From: a virus
Taxonomy: Duplodnaviria > Caudoviricetes
Length of the DNA: 61,418 nt
Strand: one strand, 5' to 3'
IMG/VR virus record: IMGVR_UViG_3300022179_000487
Coordinates: 1 to 61,418 of that record
Of the stretch, positions 1-7,059 are shown piece after piece (the first letter of the stretch is position 1; each line of letters opens with the position of its first letter). A program made the position numbers and the translations under genes. A model generated the notes under the pieces. It did not search any database. It worked only from the letters and a program-made list of their open reading frames with translations, and was not told the DNA's origin.

Positions 1-127
1 CGGCACAGGATACCAGCCATCTTGACAGCATGGTCTCCCGGGAACTCGTTATTGCGGTTCATGGGTTGCTCATTCTCGTCGAGTCGCACCATTACAACAA
101 CATACCGGGAGCCAACAAAGTCACGAA
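1..127. repeat. Terminal direct repeat identical to 61292-61418 (circular assembly overlap)
   Basis: CGGCACAGGATACC...AAAGTCACGAA is present at both ends; 127 nt is a common assembler k-mer; an ORF reads continuously across the join. Confidence 0.95.
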
Positions 128-239
128 CTAGATCGTCAGGGATTTCATCTGGGTGAACAGCCAAAGTCAGGATATATCCATCCTTAGACTGTTTCAACCC
201 AGCCTTGACGCCTTCAAATTGAATCGTTGGCTCGGTCAA
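1..239 (-). CDS. 5' part of a hypothetical protein spanning the circular junction (continues to 61105)
   Basis: TTG at 239 after GGAGG; reads (M)TEPTIQFEGVKAGLKQSKDGYILTLAVHPDEIPDDLVRDFVGSRYVVVMVRL, in frame with ORF 61105..61383. Confidence 0.75.
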   Translation of the reverse strand, partial: MTEPTIQFEGVKAGLKQSKDGYILTLAVHPDEIPDDLVRDFVGSRYVVVMVRLDENEQPMNRNNEFPGDHAVKMAGILC

Positions 240-468
240 GTTTTTCCTCCAGTAATTCAACCACGGCGGTCAGGCCGACGACCTGCTTCTCCAGCTCGTG
301 TGCCATCTTGATGATGCGTGCCTTTGCCTTGGTCAGATCGTTGTTCTCCTTGACGCTGGACTCCAGGGCCTCCTGCAGCTGCTTGGCCAGCTTCTCCCAG
401 TCAGTCACGGGGCTCTTGCGGGGACGGCCACGCTTGGGGCGGGCAGATACAGTAATGGTATTAGTCAT
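214..468 (-). CDS. Hypothetical protein with AT-hook-like KRGRPRK motif and coiled coil
   Basis: ORF overlaps both neighbours in the operon; motif PKRGRPRK. Confidence 0.75.
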   Translation of the reverse strand: MTNTITVSARPKRGRPRKSPVTDWEKLAKQLQEALESSVKENNDLTKAKARIIKMAHELEKQVVGLTAVVELLEEKLDRANDSI

Positions 469-721
469 CCCAGGGATCCTTTCCAGGTGCAGATGCTGCG
501 GGTTTCTTGTAGGTGTTGACCTTCAGGCCAACCTTGCGATTGCCATCCTTGTCCTTGCTGACCCAGCCGTCGAGCTTGATCACGACATGATCTGACTCGG
601 CCTCTTTGATGAGCTCGCGTATCAGGTCGATCTCGATCTTGATGTCCCCCTTCATGTCAGGCTGGGTGTCTGTCTTCTTGTACTGGTTAGACCAGAGTGT
701 TCCGCGATTGGGATAGTCCAT
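461..721 (-). CDS. Small phage protein, putative ssDNA-binding (DUF736-like)
   Basis: G-x-L..N..K...PD..G pattern, acidic tail DPWDD, lies next to ERF; RBS AAGGAG. Confidence 0.6.
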   Translation of the reverse strand: MDYPNRGTLWSNQYKKTDTQPDMKGDIKIEIDLIRELIKEAESDHVVIKLDGWVSKDKDGNRKVGLKVNTYKKPAASAPGKDPWDD

Positions 722-723
722 GT

Positions 724-1401
724 TTACTCCTTGAATGAACCTTTGGTTTTCTTGAGCAGCTCGAGTGCGTCTGCGTAGATGGTGGGTGTCTCCTCCTTCA
801 GGCGGTCGAAGTGAACCTTGTTAACCCGGAAGATGTTGTTAACGTCTTCTGCGCTCTTGGCCAGCTCTAGGGCTACCTCAACAGCATCCATGATGGCCTG
901 CGCCCAGTCACCGCCCTCTTTCTCCTTGAGGACAATGTTCCACTCACCGCCTTTGCCCGAGGTCTTCTTCTCCTCCTTGGGCTTGACCTCTTCTACCTTA
1001 GCCTCAGGCTTCTTACGCTCGTTATAGGAAGCCGTAGCCTTGTTGGCGTCGTCGTCTTCTGGTGCGATGCCACACGCTGCTTGCAGGCTGTACCGGCGTG
1101 CATAGGTAAGCGCGCCACCGAAACCCTGGGGGTCGTGCTTGGCTGCGGGAATGTGCAGTTTACCGGCGCTGAACTGCTGGCCAGACTCGTGCAGGAACGT
1201 GGTCTCAACAATCACCCCGTCATCACACAGGTGGGTCTGTTGCATGAGCATGATGCCGTTGTTGTTCAAGGCGTCAATCACTGCCTCGATACATGCATCC
1301 AGTGCTGCGTACTTGGTACGGAAGTGCGGGTTGCTGCTCGTCTTGAGAGCAGGCCCGAACTCCTTCTGGGCCTTGGTCAGTGCTGCGAAGATCTCTTTCA
1401 T
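724..1401 (-). CDS. ERF-family single-strand annealing protein
   Basis: NPHFRTKYA and QGFGGALTYARRYSLQAACGIAPEDDD are ERF signatures. Confidence 0.92.
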   Translation of the reverse strand: MKEIFAALTKAQKEFGPALKTSSNPHFRTKYAALDACIEAVIDALNNNGIMLMQQTHLCDDGVIVETTFLHESGQQFSAGKLHIPAAKHDPQGFGGALTYARRYSLQAACGIAPEDDDANKATASYNERKKPEAKVEEVKPKEEKKTSGKGGEWNIVLKEKEGGDWAQAIMDAVEVALELAKSAEDVNNIFRVNKVHFDRLKEETPTIYADALELLKKTKGSFKE

Positions 1402-1571
1402 TTTGTTCCTTCTCGGTTCTTGGCGAACTCATAGTCATTGCGATACTCAGTAGGTGGGGTCCACCCGTGCTTGCGCCACAGGAGATGGACGTCTGATCCC
1501 TTCTTGTAAACAAAGAACGGGTTCATCAGGCCGGCGGGCTTGGTGTGGTGGACCATGGGTTCTTGTTTCAT
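1398..1571 (-). CDS. Hypothetical protein, 57 aa (not in ORF track)
   Basis: MKQEPMVHHTKPAG...KNREGTK; fills the gap and overlaps the ERF start (ATGA). Confidence 0.65.
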   Translation of the reverse strand: MKQEPMVHHTKPAGLMNPFFVYKKGSDVHLLWRKHGWTPPTEYRNDYEFAKNREGTK

Positions 1572-1793
1572 TTAGGCCCCCTTACTCATGCTGCCAAAGC
1601 GGGAACGCGGCCAGAGCAACAACGTAGAAGGAGTGGCCCCTGCATCGATGAGCTCCTTCTCTGCGTACACATCACGGTGGAACTTGCCATACCCAGGCCG
1701 CACAAATGCCGTGGCATCTTGATAGTGCGGGACATAAATGATCTGGCCTAGCTTGTAGACCTTGGTAACGAACTTGTCTGCTATGTCTTTCAT
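1572..1793 (-). CDS. Hypothetical protein
   Basis: ATGA overlap with upstream gene; RBS GGAG. Confidence 0.7.
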   Translation of the reverse strand: MKDIADKFVTKVYKLGQIIYVPHYQDATAFVRPGYGKFHRDVYAEKELIDAGATPSTLLLWPRSRFGSMSKGA

Positions 1794-2674
1794 TCGACTT
1801 CTCCTTGCGCCAGGTAGGATTGATATTGATCACAGAACCTGCTGACCTGGCAAAAGGTTTTGCAGCGGGTTCTTTCTCCGGGGCGGACCTCAACTTCATA
1901 GTCCTTCCCGTACTCGGCCAATTTAATATTGGCTTCTTCTAAGGTAGAGCAGACGTTGCGTGCCTTGACTCCACCCTTCTTCTTGACGGCGTATGTGGTT
2001 GGTTTCTCCCACATCTCGTCGGCATTGCACTGGGTCAGGTCGTCCCCAGTGTCAAACTGAAACTCTGCTTCTGAATGCTTGATCAAGCGCTCGCGGATGA
2101 ACGACTCTCTCATCTCGTACGGCCACAGCTGGATCGGGATTGTCTTGATGGGGGCGTCAGGATACGACTCTTTAAGAGCTGCGTCACGCCGGCTCCAATC
2201 CCTGATGATGGCCACGATCTCTAAATTCTTGACCGGGACTTGCTTCACCGTCTCAACCAGCCATGCGTAGATGTTGAGCTGGTACTCCCAGTCGATCTTC
2301 TCATTCATCACTGACCATGCGCCCGTGGTCTTGTAGTCGTTGATGGTGATGCTGCCGTCCTCGTTCACGATCTGCAGATCAATAGCACCAGAGATATTCC
2401 AGCCATCGAGCTGTGCGTGCAGGCGCTCTTCGACTAAGTGGTTGTCATCCTTGCCGTGTTCCAGCACGCCGTGGATGGCCGTGCCGAAGATAGACCAGAC
2501 CATGTCGGCCACGTCTGTCTCAAGCTCTTGCTCGTGGGCCTTACGCAACTGGACAATGCGGGGCGAGTTAATGAGCTCGGTCACAGACAGGTGAGCCTTA
2601 CCCTTAGAATAGGTCGGGCGCTTCGTGATGTTGACGAAGGTCTGGGGTAGGTTGTATTTATTGGTTATGCGCAT
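1790..2674 (-). CDS. PD-(D/E)XK superfamily (Cas4/RecB-like) exonuclease
   Basis: GTAIHGVLE, ISGAIDL, INDYKTT, QLNIY motifs; C-terminal CxxxC..C; near ERF. Confidence 0.85.
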   Translation of the reverse strand: MRITNKYNLPQTFVNITKRPTYSKGKAHLSVTELINSPRIVQLRKAHEQELETDVADMVWSIFGTAIHGVLEHGKDDNHLVEERLHAQLDGWNISGAIDLQIVNEDGSITINDYKTTGAWSVMNEKIDWEYQLNIYAWLVETVKQVPVKNLEIVAIIRDWSRRDAALKESYPDAPIKTIPIQLWPYEMRESFIRERLIKHSEAEFQFDTGDDLTQCNADEMWEKPTTYAVKKKGGVKARNVCSTLEEANIKLAEYGKDYEVEVRPGERTRCKTFCQVSRFCDQYQSYLAQGEVE

Positions 2675-3183
2675 TTGATTGCCCTCAGCACAAACATGAA
2701 TGTCTCCGGGCCTTCATTAACGAAGGACGGCTCGAAGTTAGCCTTGTAGATATTGCGGAAGTCAGACATGGAAGTCTTACCCACCTGATCTGCATAGGCT
2801 TGCTGGCTCAAGAACACCAGGTTCTCTTTCACCAGGATGCGTGTGTGGCTCGGGTCACCCAGGGCCCAGATCGAGTTCTTGCTCGGGCATGTGGCCAGCA
2901 GGTGTCCGTTAGGCTTGAGCACGCGCCAGAAGTCAGAGAACTGACGGAAGAAAAACTTGTAGTCGCCCTGGCTACCCGTATGCTCGAGCACCTCGTATGC
3001 ATGGATCTCATCGAAGGAGTTGTCTTCGAAGGGGAGGGAGTCTTGCATAAGATCCCAGACAATGTCAGGCTTGTGATCTGGGTTGTAGTCCAGCGTGGTC
3101 AGGTTAGACCATTCCTTAGACCCATCACAGGTCAGGCGCTTAGTCCTCTCAGACCCGCAGCCGATCAGTAGTTCACGCTTCAT
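2665..3183 (-). CDS. Class I SAM-dependent methyltransferase (Methyltransf_11-like)
   Basis: LLIGCG, LPFEDNSFDEIHAYEVLEH, RVLKPNG, GDPSH; start moved to MKRELL. Confidence 0.85.
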   Translation of the reverse strand: MKRELLIGCGSERTKRLTCDGSKEWSNLTTLDYNPDHKPDIVWDLMQDSLPFEDNSFDEIHAYEVLEHTGSQGDYKFFFRQFSDFWRVLKPNGHLLATCPSKNSIWALGDPSHTRILVKENLVFLSQQAYADQVGKTSMSDFRNIYKANFEPSFVNEGPETFMFVLRAIKCA

Positions 3184-3431
3184 TTTTGTCCCCTTGCTCG
3201 GATGCGTTTCGCCAAGAATTCTGCGCAATCAGTCCAGACTTGATGTTCATCTTCGTCCTTCGCCTGTCTTTCACAAATTCTTGCGCAGAGTTGGCGTTCA
3301 TAATTGGCGGAGTACTGCGCAAATTTCTTCAATACTTTTACAACTTCATCATTGATAGTAGGCAAATCGTCGCCAATGTAAATGTTGATTCCGCTTTTTC
3401 GTGCCCAGTCGGTGATGTGACTTGTGTTCAT
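3180..3431 (-). CDS. Hypothetical protein, ERxxCA...IRAR paralogue 4
   Basis: YERQLCARICE...KRIRARGQK. Confidence 0.75.
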   Translation of the reverse strand: MNTSHITDWARKSGINIYIGDDLPTINDEVVKVLKKFAQYSANYERQLCARICERQAKDEDEHQVWTDCAEFLAKRIRARGQK

Positions 3432-3661
3432 GCTTGCCCCCTTGCTCGAATGGCTTTCATGGCGTTTTCTGCCACAACCGAGTAAATAGGTTTCACTCGA
3501 TTAATCTCGTCTTGGCAAACATTTGCACACGCCTCACGTTCTGCGGCGGCGACAAGGGCGGCAAAGCGTTCAAGTTGTTTCAAATAAAGAATACGTCCGG
3601 TGTCGTACTCATAAGGTAATTTAGCCTCTTGCGCCATCTTGATGATGTCATCTCGGTTCAT
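3428..3661 (-). CDS. Hypothetical protein, ERxxCA...IRAR paralogue 3
   Basis: MNRDDIIKMA...AAAEREACA...AIRARGQA; RBS AAGGAG. Confidence 0.8.
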   Translation of the reverse strand: MNRDDIIKMAQEAKLPYEYDTGRILYLKQLERFAALVAAAEREACANVCQDEINRVKPIYSVVAENAMKAIRARGQA

Positions 3662-3947
3662 GTTTGCTCCTTGCTCGGATGTAATAGGCAATCGTTTTGC
3701 ACATGTTCTCGACAATTTGTGCCTTGGTGAAGTTGTTCTCGGGTAGGTACCGCCACCCCTCCGCCAATTGAGCACACGCCTCACGCTCTGCTGCGGCGAC
3801 AAGGTTGGCGAACTGGATTAGGCAAGTAAGATCGCCGTCAAGCCCCTCATCTGTTGATGAAAATCTTTTGCCGCCGATGTATTCGAGTCTTTCCCACGGC
3901 GTAATACCAGCCTCATCTGCCATGCGGATGATGTCATCTCGATTCAT
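3648..3947 (-). CDS. Hypothetical protein, ERxxCA...IRAR paralogue 2
   Basis: MNRDDIIRMA...AAAEREACA...YIRARSK. Confidence 0.8.
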   Translation of the reverse strand: MNRDDIIRMADEAGITPWERLEYIGGKRFSSTDEGLDGDLTCLIQFANLVAAAEREACAQLAEGWRYLPENNFTKAQIVENMCKTIAYYIRARSKHEPR

Positions 3948-4218
3948 TCTTTTCCCTTTCTCGAATGGCTAAAGCGCAGTCCATCATGGTCGCCAATTCG
4001 GCTTGTGCTATGTTGGGCTGGTCTTCCCATTCAATTGGAAGAGACTCACACAACTTCGCGCATTCCTCTCTCTCAGCCTTCATGCCGGCAAGATAAGCTG
4101 CCACCCAGATCTCTTTGGCCACGTCAATATCAACAAGGCCCAGGAGATCGTTCTCGTCAGACTCCCACCACTCGTCAAAGTGAGGAACCCTTCTTTGTTC
4201 ATACTGCGTGCTTGACAT
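3934..4218 (-). CDS. Hypothetical protein, ERxxCA...IRER paralogue 1 (first gene of left operon)
   Basis: MSSTQY start with GGAG RBS; AEREECAKLCE...AIRERE. Confidence 0.75.
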   Translation of the reverse strand: MSSTQYEQRRVPHFDEWWESDENDLLGLVDIDVAKEIWVAAYLAGMKAEREECAKLCESLPIEWEDQPNIAQAELATMMDCALAIREREKNESR

Positions 4219-4239
4219 TTTTTCTCCGTCAACTAAAAT
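4212..4239 (+). promoter_or_regulatory. Putative sigma70 promoter for ruvC
   Basis: TTGACA (4212-4217), 16 nt spacer, TAAAAT (4234-4239). Confidence 0.5.
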
Positions 4240-4248
4240 CTGTGACAC

Positions 4249-4278
4249 ATTGTACCCACAACAATTCATGTGTTGCAA
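4249..4278 (-). promoter_or_regulatory. Putative sigma70 promoter for the leftward operon, overlapped by operator 4261-4276
   Basis: On the minus strand TTGCAA, 18 nt spacer, TACAAT. Confidence 0.55.
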
Positions 4279-4285
4279 GAACTTT

Positions 4286-4777
4286 ATGAAATATTTTTTA
4301 GGTGTTGACCCGGGAGCTCTTGGCGCGCTGGCTGTCATCAATGAAGACGGGGTACTTGTCGCTGTACACGACATGCCGTTTGACCTGGTGAAGATCGGCA
4401 AGACAAACAAGAAGCGGATCAACGCTGAAAAGATTCAGAAGATCCTGTCAGAAATGCAGAGTAATCTGTTTGGGAACCAGTGTTGTGCTTGGGTCGAGAA
4501 GGTTGGTGCCAGACCCGGCCAGGGAGTCAGCTCGTGCTTTGCCTTTGGCGAGGCATACGGGCTCGTTAGAGGCGTTATGGCGGGGCTTTGCATCCCTACC
4601 CATACCGTGGCACCAGCCGTGTGGAAAAAAGCGCTCAAACTCGGTTCTAGCAAGGAATCCAGCCGTCTCATGGCCATGGAGATATGGCCTGAGGATGCTC
4701 GTGTGTTCAAGCGCGTGAAAGATGACGGCCGTGCAGAGGCTGCGCTGTTAGCCCTGTATGGAAAAACTAATACTTAA
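4286..4777 (+). CDS. RuvC-like Holliday junction resolvase
   Basis: LGVDPG, WVEKVGARPGQGVSS, F.FG..YG, P.VWKK, DDGRAEAALLA. Confidence 0.88.
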   Translation: MKYFLGVDPGALGALAVINEDGVLVAVHDMPFDLVKIGKTNKKRINAEKIQKILSEMQSNLFGNQCCAWVEKVGARPGQGVSSCFAFGEAYGLVRGVMAGLCIPTHTVAPAVWKKALKLGSSKESSRLMAMEIWPEDARVFKRVKDDGRAEAALLALYGKTNT

Positions 4778-4813
4778 GTTACGTTTTGTAACTTGTTACA
4801 CCCTGGAGGAGAT

Positions 4814-4906
4814 ATGACCTGGCCTTTCCCACCTTTTCCCTTACCCCCTTACAAAGAACCTAAGGGGCCCATTTATCCTTCCGATGCAGAAGATGCTCCG
4901 GTATAG
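4814..4906 (+). CDS. 30-aa proline-rich microprotein (MTWPFPPFPLPP...)
   Basis: Strong RBS GGAGGAG before ATG; followed by a terminator. Confidence 0.6.
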   Translation: MTWPFPPFPLPPYKEPKGPIYPSDAEDAPV

Positions 4907-4924
4907 TAAAGGCGCAGTTGCTTT

Positions 4925-4952
4925 ACCCCGGTCTGGTGCCGGGGTCTTTTTT
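4925..4952 (+). terminator. Intrinsic terminator
   Basis: ACCCCGG-loop-CCGGGGT followed by CTTTTTT. Confidence 0.7.
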
Positions 4953-5153
4953 ATGATTGATTACGCATACCCAACCATGCTGGCCGAGCGGGCTCTTGAC
5001 GAGCTACACCGCGCCATGCTCAGACGTGACTACGACACAGCTCTTGAACAGGCTCTCGAGGCGGCGACCCAGTGTCGGCTGATTTCAGTGTCTATCAGGG
5101 ATATGGCTGAGAAAGAACTGGAGAGAGTCAATGCTCACAGGAATACTGTTTAG
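4953..5153 (+). CDS. Hypothetical protein
   Basis: MIDYAYPTML... helical ORF that overlaps the next gene. Confidence 0.65.
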   Translation: MIDYAYPTMLAERALDELHRAMLRRDYDTALEQALEAATQCRLISVSIRDMAEKELERVNAHRNTV

Positions 5154-5337
5154 CAAGTACCCATTCTTGCAAATCAATTGGACCCAGGACGTCGAGCCAT
5201 GGCCGGCGGATATCGGGACGGCCAAGGTGACGAGCTGCCTGAATCGCTTCGAGATGTTGCTCGAGGGGGATATTCCCTCTGATGCCGTAAGGACTTGGGC
5301 GCACGAGCAGTTGGATGCCTGGCTGGACGAGCGATAG
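5131..5337 (+). CDS. Hypothetical protein
   Basis: GGAG upstream; overlaps previous ORF. Confidence 0.55.
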   Translation: MLTGILFSKYPFLQINWTQDVEPWPADIGTAKVTSCLNRFEMLLEGDIPSDAVRTWAHEQLDAWLDER

Positions 5338-5346
5338 AATTTTTAG

Positions 5347-5422
5347 ATCCAGGCGGTCCAACGGGTTAGCGCCGTTGCTCTGAATTCAAACAGTCACACT
5401 GCTTTATGTGAGCCGCTTGGAT
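5347..5422 (+). ncRNA. Putative structured small RNA, copy 1
   Basis: Closing stem ATCCAGGCGG/CCGCTTGGAT; boxes CGGGTTAGCGCCGT and CACTGCTTTATGTGAGC shared with copy 2; TAGAAT -10 at 5335-5340. Confidence 0.7.
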
Positions 5423-5430
5423 ATCTTTTT

Positions 5431-5515
5431 TGCCTGGGCTGAACCGGGTTAGCGCCGTGGTCACTTTTACAAGTGTTGTTCAAGCCGCCACTGCTTTATG
5501 TGAGCAGCCCAGGCA
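5431..5515 (+). ncRNA. Putative structured small RNA, copy 2
   Basis: Closing stem TGCCTGGGCTG/CAGCCCAGGCA; same two boxes with a different core. Confidence 0.7.
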
Positions 5516-5520
5516 CCCTG

Positions 5521-5551
5521 TTGACAAACAAATAAAAACATGCTGTATAAT
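5521..5551 (+). promoter_or_regulatory. Putative sigma70 promoter
   Basis: Consensus TTGACA (5521-5526) and TATAAT (5546-5551), but with a 19-nt spacer. Confidence 0.65.
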
Positions 5552-5559
5552 TGAGACAT

Positions 5560-5721
5560 CGACGGATTGGTAACCCGTCGTAGCTCTGTGTAAGTGACCT
5601 CCTGAGAGCCTTTTAGTGGGTGCTCGGGCTTCGTCAAAGCTATCTGCAAGTGGCACAGCACTGCAGGTAAGCGGCAACCAAGCCCAAAGCTCGATCCCCG
5701 ACTAAAGGGCTTTTTGCTTTT
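5560..5721 (+). ncRNA. Structured leader or antisense-type RNA ending in a U-tract
   Basis: Hairpin CGACGG/CCGTCG; long-range stem AGCCTTTTAGT (5607-5617)/ACTAAAGGGCT (5701-5711); inner GGGCTT/AAGCCC; then TTTTTGCTTTT. Confidence 0.55.
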
Positions 5722-5754
5722 CTGGCCGCTGTTACCTTAACTTGAGGAGCAGAT

Positions 5755-6045
5755 GTGCCACGCGACTTTAAAACAGATCCCAAGCCGGGAACAAACAGGT
5801 TCAGGATTCAGCAATTGAATCAAGCAACTGATCCTAAGTTCGCAGTATTCCTTCGTGCTCCATCAGGACAGAGTGCCAGGTTCCAGGCGCTTCACGAAAC
5901 ACCAGAGTCTGCCCTTGATGCAGCTCGATTCCACGCCGCAGAAGCAGCCGGCCACGGAAACACAGATTTCACCTACTACGTCATAGAGATCAAGCACCGC
6001 GTTGGCATTGAGCACGGCAAGCTGGTAGATGAGCCTATGGCGTGA
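5755..6045 (+). CDS. Hypothetical protein
   Basis: GTG start after GAGGAG; isolated between structured non-coding tracts. Confidence 0.75.
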   Translation: MPRDFKTDPKPGTNRFRIQQLNQATDPKFAVFLRAPSGQSARFQALHETPESALDAARFHAAEAAGHGNTDFTYYVIEIKHRVGIEHGKLVDEPMA

Positions 6046-6055
6046 TGGTTACCCT

Positions 6056-6425
6056 CCCGGCGGGTAGCCGGGCGTAAGGCTGCGTTAACCAAATGGCTCA
6101 GAAATCAGGCCATGACCGTAAGAACCCGAAAGGGCTGACCGACCCACACAGCGTTAAGGTGGTAGATAAATAGTGCTGGCTCTCGGTGGCCCGATCCAGC
6201 GACCTGACAAAACTCGGTACGTCCCCCTATGGCTAATACCCACGAAAGCCGTCGTCATAGGGATCAGTCAGCCGGAAATGACTGAGGGACACACAGGTAC
6301 GGGAATCCTGTGGCCGGTAAGCCCACAAGGCCTAGCCGGAAGCGAAGCTGGAGATCTAAAGCGCCTTGCTTGGCGCGCTGACACCCTAAGACCCTGGTCA
6401 AGGGGCACGTCAGGGATCAAAAGCC
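6056..6425 (+). other. Hairpin-dense non-coding tract (candidate large ncRNA or replication origin)
   Basis: At least seven consecutive inverted repeats including a GAAA tetraloop; no credible ORF. Confidence 0.5.
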
Positions 6426-6452
6426 ACCAAGTTAGAAATGAGAATACAACAC

Positions 6453-6482
6453 TTGACTTTGTTAGAATTCATGAGTTACATT
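6453..6482 (+). promoter_or_regulatory. Putative promoter of the replication operon, containing operator 6464-6479
   Basis: TTGACT, 18 nt spacer, TACATT upstream of RBS AAGGAG. Confidence 0.5.
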
Positions 6483-6508
6483 TCAAAAACCTTAACAAGG
6501 AGAACAGC

Positions 6509-6823
6509 ATGAGCGAGGAAAAGGATTTGCACGCTAAGGTCAAGTCACCCTATGTGGTGATCTATGGCCAGCCTTTGTGCTTGACCAGGGGCTTTGACAA
6601 CCTGAGGAAGCAGAAGCACAAGATCATCAAGCGCCGGGTGAATACGTCGTTTGAGATCCTCGAGCGCCCAATGAAGATGGTGGACGTAGAGATTTTCTAC
6701 CCGGTGCTTAACCGATACGAGGAGATGGGTGAGTACTGGGCGGACGTGGACACTGGAACGCTCTATGACCCGTTCGATGGCAAGTGCATGTCCAGCACCT
6801 CAATGACCCTGATTCTGGAGTGA
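6509..6823 (+). CDS. Hypothetical protein
   Basis: Start MSEEKD with AAGGAG; C-terminal WADVDTGTLY...GKC. Confidence 0.75.
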   Translation: MSEEKDLHAKVKSPYVVIYGQPLCLTRGFDNLRKQKHKIIKRRVNTSFEILERPMKMVDVEIFYPVLNRYEEMGEYWADVDTGTLYDPFDGKCMSSTSMTLILE

Positions 6824-6825
6824 AA

Positions 6826-7059
6826 ATGGACACGCCGTACTACCCCGGGAAGTCGGTCGAGATTGCATCGATTGACAAGAATGGAAAACTAAATACTTTT
6901 CACACCAGTGGCCTCACGCTCAGGGATGCTATAGCTATGGACGTGCTGCGCCTGGAGCTAAAGGACCAGCTGTATCGCAACAAGATTCAAAAACCCCAGG
7001 ATATTGCCCGGTGGTGCTACGAGATGGCCAACGCAATGATTGAGGAGAGAAGCAAATGA
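6826..7059 (+). CDS. Small phage protein of the LRDxxA...YxxAxAM type
   Basis: GLTLRDAIAM...ARWCYEMANAMIEER; GGAG RBS. Confidence 0.75.
   Translation: MDTPYYPGKSVEIASIDKNGKLNTFHTSGLTLRDAIAMDVLRLELKDQLYRNKIQKPQDIARWCYEMANAMIEERSK

Noticed and set aside
1-127. Biological terminal repeat or att site
   Set aside because: The length equals a typical assembly k-mer and it lies mid-gene; best explained as a circularisation overlap
1790-2674. Cas4 as part of a CRISPR system
   Set aside because: No array or other cas genes; the context next to ERF indicates a recombination exonuclease
5347-5515. CRISPR mini-array, TIGR-type array or tRNA genes
   Set aside because: Only two units, each with its own closing stem; no canonical T-loop or anticodon arm; no Cas1/Cas2 or Nop-domain gene recognised; the nearby RuvC looks like a plain resolvase
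6173-6508. N-terminal extension of ORF 6173..6823
   Set aside because: It overlaps the hairpin tract and a promoter; the strong RBS is at the 6509 ATG
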